Assembly (NCBI GenBank): GCA_034530875.2
Contig: JAVRCJ020000026.1
Span: forward strand, 32,001-96,000
Length of the DNA stretch: 64,000 bases
Direction of reading: 5' to 3'
Source of the DNA: Nostoc sp. DedSLP01
Lineage (GTDB): Bacteria; Cyanobacteriota; Cyanobacteriia; Cyanobacteriales; Nostocaceae
Part shown: one piece after another, positions 59,111 through 64,000 of the stretch
Layout: each line of letters starts with the position of its first letter
Numbering within the stretch: the first letter of the stretch is position 1
Made by a program: the position numbers and the translations under genes
The notes under the pieces: model-generated
Told to the model about the DNA's origin: nothing
Seen by the model: the letters and a program-made list of their open reading frames with translations, nothing else
Databases searched by the model: none

Positions 59111-59700
59111 AGAGTTATCGGGAATTTTGAGTGCTGAGTGAGGAGTTAATAGTTAAGAGTTAGGAGTTAGGAGTTAAGAATCATTCTCCTTTTCCCCTTC
59201 CTCCACCCCATTCGTAACATCCCTCCATCCCCAGAGCAAATTCAGTTCGGTTATCCCGCTAGTTTTTAGCAACAGAAGAGGGGTTTTTGGCGTCACTATA
59301 GATGTAGTAAGTAATTTCAAGGAAGTTTAAAATTTTTTTCCTAAAGGAACAATTTTAATTTATAATTACAAGCTTTATCTTAAGATACTTTACTATTCGC
59401 CGGATTTATCGTATTATAAAGCTAAGTAAAACTCATATCGACTTCGGATTTTTCAGTTACAGCCAGTGACTGCCGAAGAGAAGAATTCTCAAAAACAACC
59501 AGAGTGCTTATAAAAGATTGAAAAATTTAGGGAAGGTAGGGGGAACCTATCTTAGGGGCTTAGCGTCTGAACAACGGCTTTATCAATTGAGTAACTGCTT
59601 TTGGTAGCTTCTAGGTTTCCGTGATATATCTACTACCTTCATCAAATAACTTTAGTAAGAAAAAATACATTTTGTTTACGGAGTAGAGGACAACGCACCA

Positions 59701-60684
59701 ATGCCTACTGTCAATACCCAAACGGAAAACTTGAACACCAAATTCACGGCTGATATGGTGCGAACCTATCTGCGAGAAATTGGTCGCGTACCACTGCTAA
59801 CCCGCGAACAAGAGATTGTCTTTGGGAAGCAGGTGCAACAAATGATGACGCTAATCGACGCCAAGGAAGCTTTGGCGAAGAAACTGCGTCGGGAACCGAG
59901 TTTACCAGAGTGGGCTGACCACGTTCGCCAATCAGAAACAGAGGTGAAACAAACGGTAGCCCAAGGTAAGCGGGCCAAGCAAAAAATGATTGAAGCGAAT
60001 TTGCGCTTGGTGGTTGCGATCGCGAAGAAGTACCAAAAGCGTAACATGGAGTTTCTGGATTTGATCCAGGAAGGAACGCTGGGACTAGAACGGGGTGTAG
60101 AGAAATTTGACCCGACGAGGGGCTATAAGTTCTCAACCTACGCCTACTGGTGGATTCGCCAAGCGATTACCCGGGCGATCGCTCAACAAGGTCGTACTAT
60201 TCGCTTACCGATTCACATTACCGAAAAACTCAACAAAATCAAAAAAGTACAGCGCGAGTTGGCGCAAACCTTAGGGCGATCGCCTACTCCAGCTGAAATT
60301 GCCAAAGAACTGGAATTAGAACCTGCTCAGATCCGCGAGTACCTGAATATGGCGCGTCAACCAGTGTCTTTGGACGTAAGAGTTGGCGATAATCAAGATA
60401 CTGAGTTGCAAGAAATGCTCGAAGATGACGGGCCGTCACCAGAGTATTACACCAACCAAGAGTTCTTACGCCAAGACTTGAACAACTTGCTAGCCGAACT
60501 AACTCCCCAACAGCGCGAAGTTTTAGCCTTACGCTTTGGTTTAGAGGATGGTAACGAAATGTCATTGGCGAAAGTAGGCGAGAGATTAAATCTCAGCCGC
60601 GAACGCGTCCGTCAGTTAGAGCATCAAGCTTTAGCTCATCTGCGCCGCCGTCGTGCCAATGTCAAAGAATACATCGCTAGCTAA
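59701..60684 (+). CDS. sigB: Group 2 RNA polymerase sigma factor, SigB-type
   Basis: [66 protein letters not shown]; lacks region 1.1. Confidence 0.85.
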   Translation: MPTVNTQTENLNTKFTADMVRTYLREIGRVPLLTREQEIVFGKQVQQMMTLIDAKEALAKKLRREPSLPEWADHVRQSETEVKQTVAQGKRAKQKMIEANLRLVVAIAKKYQKRNMEFLDLIQEGTLGLERGVEKFDPTRGYKFSTYAYWWIRQAITRAIAQQGRTIRLPIHITEKLNKIKKVQRELAQTLGRSPTPAEIAKELELEPAQIREYLNMARQPVSLDVRVGDNQDTELQEMLEDDGPSPEYYTNQEFLRQDLNNLLAELTPQQREVLALRFGLEDGNEMSLAKVGERLNLSRERVRQLEHQALAHLRRRRANVKEYIAS

Positions 60685-60729
60685 AACTACAGACGCGAAC
60701 TCTCGCGTCTTAACACCACCTTGGTGAAA

Positions 60730-60759
60730 TGCCTCCTGAAATCAGGGGGCAATTTTTTT
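60730..60759 (+). terminator. Intrinsic terminator after sigB
   Basis: TGCCTCCTGA-AA-TCAGGGGGCA stem followed by ATTTTTTT. Confidence 0.7.
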
Positions 60760-61166
60760 ATGGTGTAGCGGCGTACAGCTAGCTGTGCGCTGCTAACGCT
60801 ATTTTAGGAGAGATTTCAAACCTACAATTATCCCAAATCCTACACGATTGATATAGTTCTAGGGAGATAGATATGGGAAAAAATATCACTATTTTCTCTG
60901 TTAAAAATGTAAAAGGTAAGATGTCAATCTTGAGTGAAAGTGCTGAATCTGTAATTAACTTCACCCAATGGAATGAATCCCTTGGATGAATCATAAGACT
61001 CTAACAGATGGTAATCTAAGATTATTGAATTAAATTAAATAAAAAATTTAGTTTTTGAGACTTTTGTTTTTCAGACAATAGAAACTAAGCCATTAGCGAT
61101 CGAAATTTAGTTATGGTTTAAGTAAGTTGGAGAAAACTAAGCTAACTTTGTAACAGGAGAAGTAAG

Positions 61167-61868
61167 GTGCTTAACAACTTCCATCGGTTATTATCCCCCG
61201 TTCAGTGGGGAATTTCTCTTACGGGCTTAGGCTTACTTCTCGCTTTGGGCTTTATAGGCAAGCAGAATGAAGTTGTCTCATATACAAATGCTTCATTTTC
61301 ATCGCCTCAGATTCACAAAACCTCCGAAACATCTCTTTTGGCAAGGCTCAGACAAATTCGAGACCAGAGAACTCAACTGCAAACAGCTTCCGCTGATAAA
61401 GAAATTTTTGGGTATAAGAGCCAAAAAGCAGGAGCTACAACCATAGCACTGGCTCCAGATTCTCAGGCAGCTGGAAAAGGCGTAGGAGTTTTACCAAGAG
61501 CGAATTTTCCCACAAAAGATGGGATTTATCTTTACGGCCAATCAACAAAAGCAAACCAACTCGGTCAAGCTTACATCATCTTTCAGAAGCAACGTGATAA
61601 GGTGACTGGTGCTTTGTTTATGCCGCAATCAGAATTTAATTGTTTTCAGGGTACGCTCGATCGCTCGGGAGAGTTGGCGATGACGGTTAGTGCTTCATCT
61701 ACTGAAAGTAGTTCTGATGAGTACGATCGGGTGGCTACAAGCAATAGATTGCCTAAGGTAGATGAAGATGAGCTAGAAACTTATGCTTACTCCGTAGCTT
61801 TGCAAGACTTTCATCGGTTAAATTCTATCAGTGCTGGCGATCGCCGCATCTTACAAATGTGTAAGTAA
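61167..61868 (+). CDS. Conserved cyanobacterial hypothetical protein with N-terminal membrane anchor
   Basis: Hydrophobic N-terminus; DGIYLYGQS...GALFMPQSEFNCFQG...RRILQMCK. Confidence 0.75.
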   Translation: MLNNFHRLLSPVQWGISLTGLGLLLALGFIGKQNEVVSYTNASFSSPQIHKTSETSLLARLRQIRDQRTQLQTASADKEIFGYKSQKAGATTIALAPDSQAAGKGVGVLPRANFPTKDGIYLYGQSTKANQLGQAYIIFQKQRDKVTGALFMPQSEFNCFQGTLDRSGELAMTVSASSTESSSDEYDRVATSNRLPKVDEDELETYAYSVALQDFHRLNSISAGDRRILQMCK

Positions 61869-62038
61869 TCTTTAAGAACTTTCTCCACAAAATTAGTCAA
61901 ATAAAAACAAATTCAATCTTGACGATAAATTCCACGCAGCTCGGTTTACTCAAAATCGAGCTGAACTAGACAGTGGAATTGAAGAAGCGATAATTACATA
62001 AGTTTAGTCGCTAAATATATCAGCCTATCCAATAAAGT

Positions 62039-63106
62039 TTAAAAACCCAAATATTTTTGCGATATCCTTACACCTATAAGTTTTCTTGTAATATATATTA
62101 TTGTATAGCAGATAAAAATTGTACTGAAAGTAGCAATAAATATACAGAGTAAATTGAAATTATAAATAATTTCAATTTTATTTATTAAAGATTCTATAAC
62201 TTCAAGAACTAAGATGTGTATTAAATAAATACCAAAAGAAAATTCGCCAAGAATAACCAAAATCTTAGGCCAAAATTTGATTCTTTTTCGCAAGCTTATA
62301 AATAATAATATCAAACAGAAAGAGTATAATATCGATGAGATTTTAAGTTGAGAGCCTGCTAAATCATCTGCTTTAAAAACTTTATACAGATACAAGCTTT
62401 CTATAATAGAAAAAAATAAGGAAGCTATATATAAAAAAATAACAGTTCCGATTCTTGTCTCGCCAAAATAAATTATTTTTTTGTAATTTTTTGCTAGCAT
62501 TCCAAAGTAATAAAATGTCATCCATGTAGAAAAAGAAATTGCATTCCAAGGAAAATTTATCTCGTGTTTAAAATAAAGTTCCGAAAAATACAAAACTACT
62601 ACTGTTAGGGGAGTTAGAGAAAGCCATAGGATACTTTTTGCTATACTTTTTATAGATGAAATCAGGAAGGGAGTTAGTACAATTAATTGTGTTAGGACAA
62701 TTATAAAATAGTAAGGACCCTCAACCCTACCTGTGGTTATATTGATAAATATCTTAAATAAATTCCAATTGTAAGCAGATTTTAAAAACAAAATAATGAA
62801 AAAACACCAAAATAGATAAGGTATTAAAAGCCTAGTTAGGCGCTTTTTGTAAAAAATTAAATAATCTGAGACTTGTGAAAAATAATTTGTCGGTGCAAAA
62901 TAACCTGAAATAAATATAAAAATCGCAACTGCATAATTAATAAATTCCCTAAATATTAATGTAAGTTCGTAATTTAATGAAAACAAATCATCATGAATAA
63001 ATAATTTACCTCTATTAGATGCATGAATTGCCACTACTGCTATGATTGCAATTCCACGAAGTGCTTGAAAAGATAAATCTTTATTGTTACTCATGAATTT
63101 ATTCAA
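62039..63106 (-). CDS. Acyltransferase family 3 membrane protein
   Basis: LRGIAIIAVVAIH, AVAIFIFISGY, RLTRLLIPYLFW, SFGIYLIH. Confidence 0.9.
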   Translation of the reverse strand: MNKFMSNNKDLSFQALRGIAIIAVVAIHASNRGKLFIHDDLFSLNYELTLIFREFINYAVAIFIFISGYFAPTNYFSQVSDYLIFYKKRLTRLLIPYLFWCFFIILFLKSAYNWNLFKIFINITTGRVEGPYYFIIVLTQLIVLTPFLISSIKSIAKSILWLSLTPLTVVVLYFSELYFKHEINFPWNAISFSTWMTFYYFGMLAKNYKKIIYFGETRIGTVIFLYIASLFFSIIESLYLYKVFKADDLAGSQLKISSILYSFCLILLFISLRKRIKFWPKILVILGEFSFGIYLIHILVLEVIESLINKIEIIYNFNLLCIFIATFSTIFICYTIIYITRKLIGVRISQKYLGF

Positions 63107-63343
63107 TTCTTGTGGTTATATTAAGCAGAATATAAATAGAACTCGCACATAAATTAATTTACTCAAAACAATTTTTTGCCGAGCAAATTATAATAGATGC
63201 TTAAACACACTAAAATATTTGCTTGGCAGGCAAATTTGAGACTTGTATTGTGTAAATTTAGTCTCAGATTACCATATTCGTACTTTATTTAATAGCCTTC
63301 TGCCCTTGCTGTATGGTAATTGAATATCACCTTTGTTAATCAT

Positions 63344-64000
63344 TTAATACTCAATACCTGGTTGTGCTTTCACGCCTCCATCGCGGAAGGGATGCTTAAC
63401 TAGGGTCATCTCTGTTACTAAATCAGCACGCTCAATTAAAGCAGGTGGTGCGCCTCGACCTGTAAGAATAACGTGTTTGTTAGCTGGTTTTTGTGCTAAA
63501 CCTGCTAAAACTTCTTCTACGTCTAAATAAGCCATTTTCAGAGCGATATTGATTTCATCTAATAGCACGAGATGAAAGTCTGGATTGCGGATGTATTCTA
63601 ATGATTTTTGCCATGCGGCGCTAGCTTTATCGAGGTCGCGATCGCGGTCTTGAGTTTCCCAGGTGAAGCCTTCGCCCATTGCATGAAATTCTATCTGGTT
63701 TTCCCAATGGCTGAAAACCCTTTTTTCCGCGGGTTCCCAGCTACCCTTGATAAATTGCACGATCGCTACTTTATACCCGTGACCAAGCGATCGTAACACC
63801 ATCCCTAAAGCCGCAGTAGTTTTACCTTTACCGTTACCGGTATTTACAATAATTAACCCTTTTTCCGGTACAGCTTGTGCTATGCGCTTGTCTTGTACTT
63901 CTTTGCGCCGCTGCATCTTTTTGCGATACTGTTCGTCAGTCAGAGATGATGACATGACTTCATCAATCAAGCGCTCAATCTCCCGATCTGGATTTAATTC
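63344..64000 (-). CDS. cobO: Cob(I)yrinic acid a,c-diamide adenosyltransferase, 5'-truncated by the window edge
   Basis: TGNGKGKTTAALG, VQFIKG, LLDEINIA, ILTGRGAP, AQPGIEY; the frame stays open to base 64000. Confidence 0.95.
   Translation of the reverse strand, partial: ELNPDREIERLIDEVMSSSLTDEQYRKKMQRRKEVQDKRIAQAVPEKGLIIVNTGNGKGKTTAALGMVLRSLGHGYKVAIVQFIKGSWEPAEKRVFSHWENQIEFHAMGEGFTWETQDRDRDLDKASAAWQKSLEYIRNPDFHLVLLDEINIALKMAYLDVEEVLAGLAQKPANKHVILTGRGAPPALIERADLVTEMTLVKHPFRDGGVKAQPGIEY

Noticed and set aside
1..64000. tRNA, rRNA, riboswitch or prophage features, including in long intergenic gaps (41804-42582, 45976-46691, 55692-56384, 59111-59700)
   Set aside because: No recognisable signature by eye; an Infernal/Rfam and tRNAscan search would be needed to exclude small RNAs.

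Overview
Chromosomal segment of a filamentous, probably heterocyst-forming (Nostocales-like) cyanobacterium. The assignment rests on very frequent HIP1 sites (GCGATCGC), heptamer STRR arrays, an hli gene and a group 2 sigma factor. Housekeeping genes (truB, rlmB, mini-RNase III, carA, trpD, hisIE, hemL, sigB, cobO) alternate with five sensor kinases, three stand-alone response regulators and accessory loci. The most novel-looking locus is a co-oriented three-gene cluster at 13002-19823 (minus strand): a dynamin-like GTPase, a very large atypical Hsp70-family ATPase, and a protein whose C-terminus looks GrpE-like. Other highlights are a probable lysine/2-oxoadipate catabolic cluster (ALDH, class III aminotransferase, DUF1338/HglS-like), a helically phased DnaA-box-like array away from dnaA, nested in-frame mini-repeat insertions in kinases, a candidate AUU start codon, an HNH toxin-antitoxin-like pair, two pseudogenes (Rpn and NACHT), MITEs and an 11 x 21-bp tandem array. 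No rRNA, tRNA or CRISPR array was seen. All family calls come from reading motifs by eye; no database searches were run.
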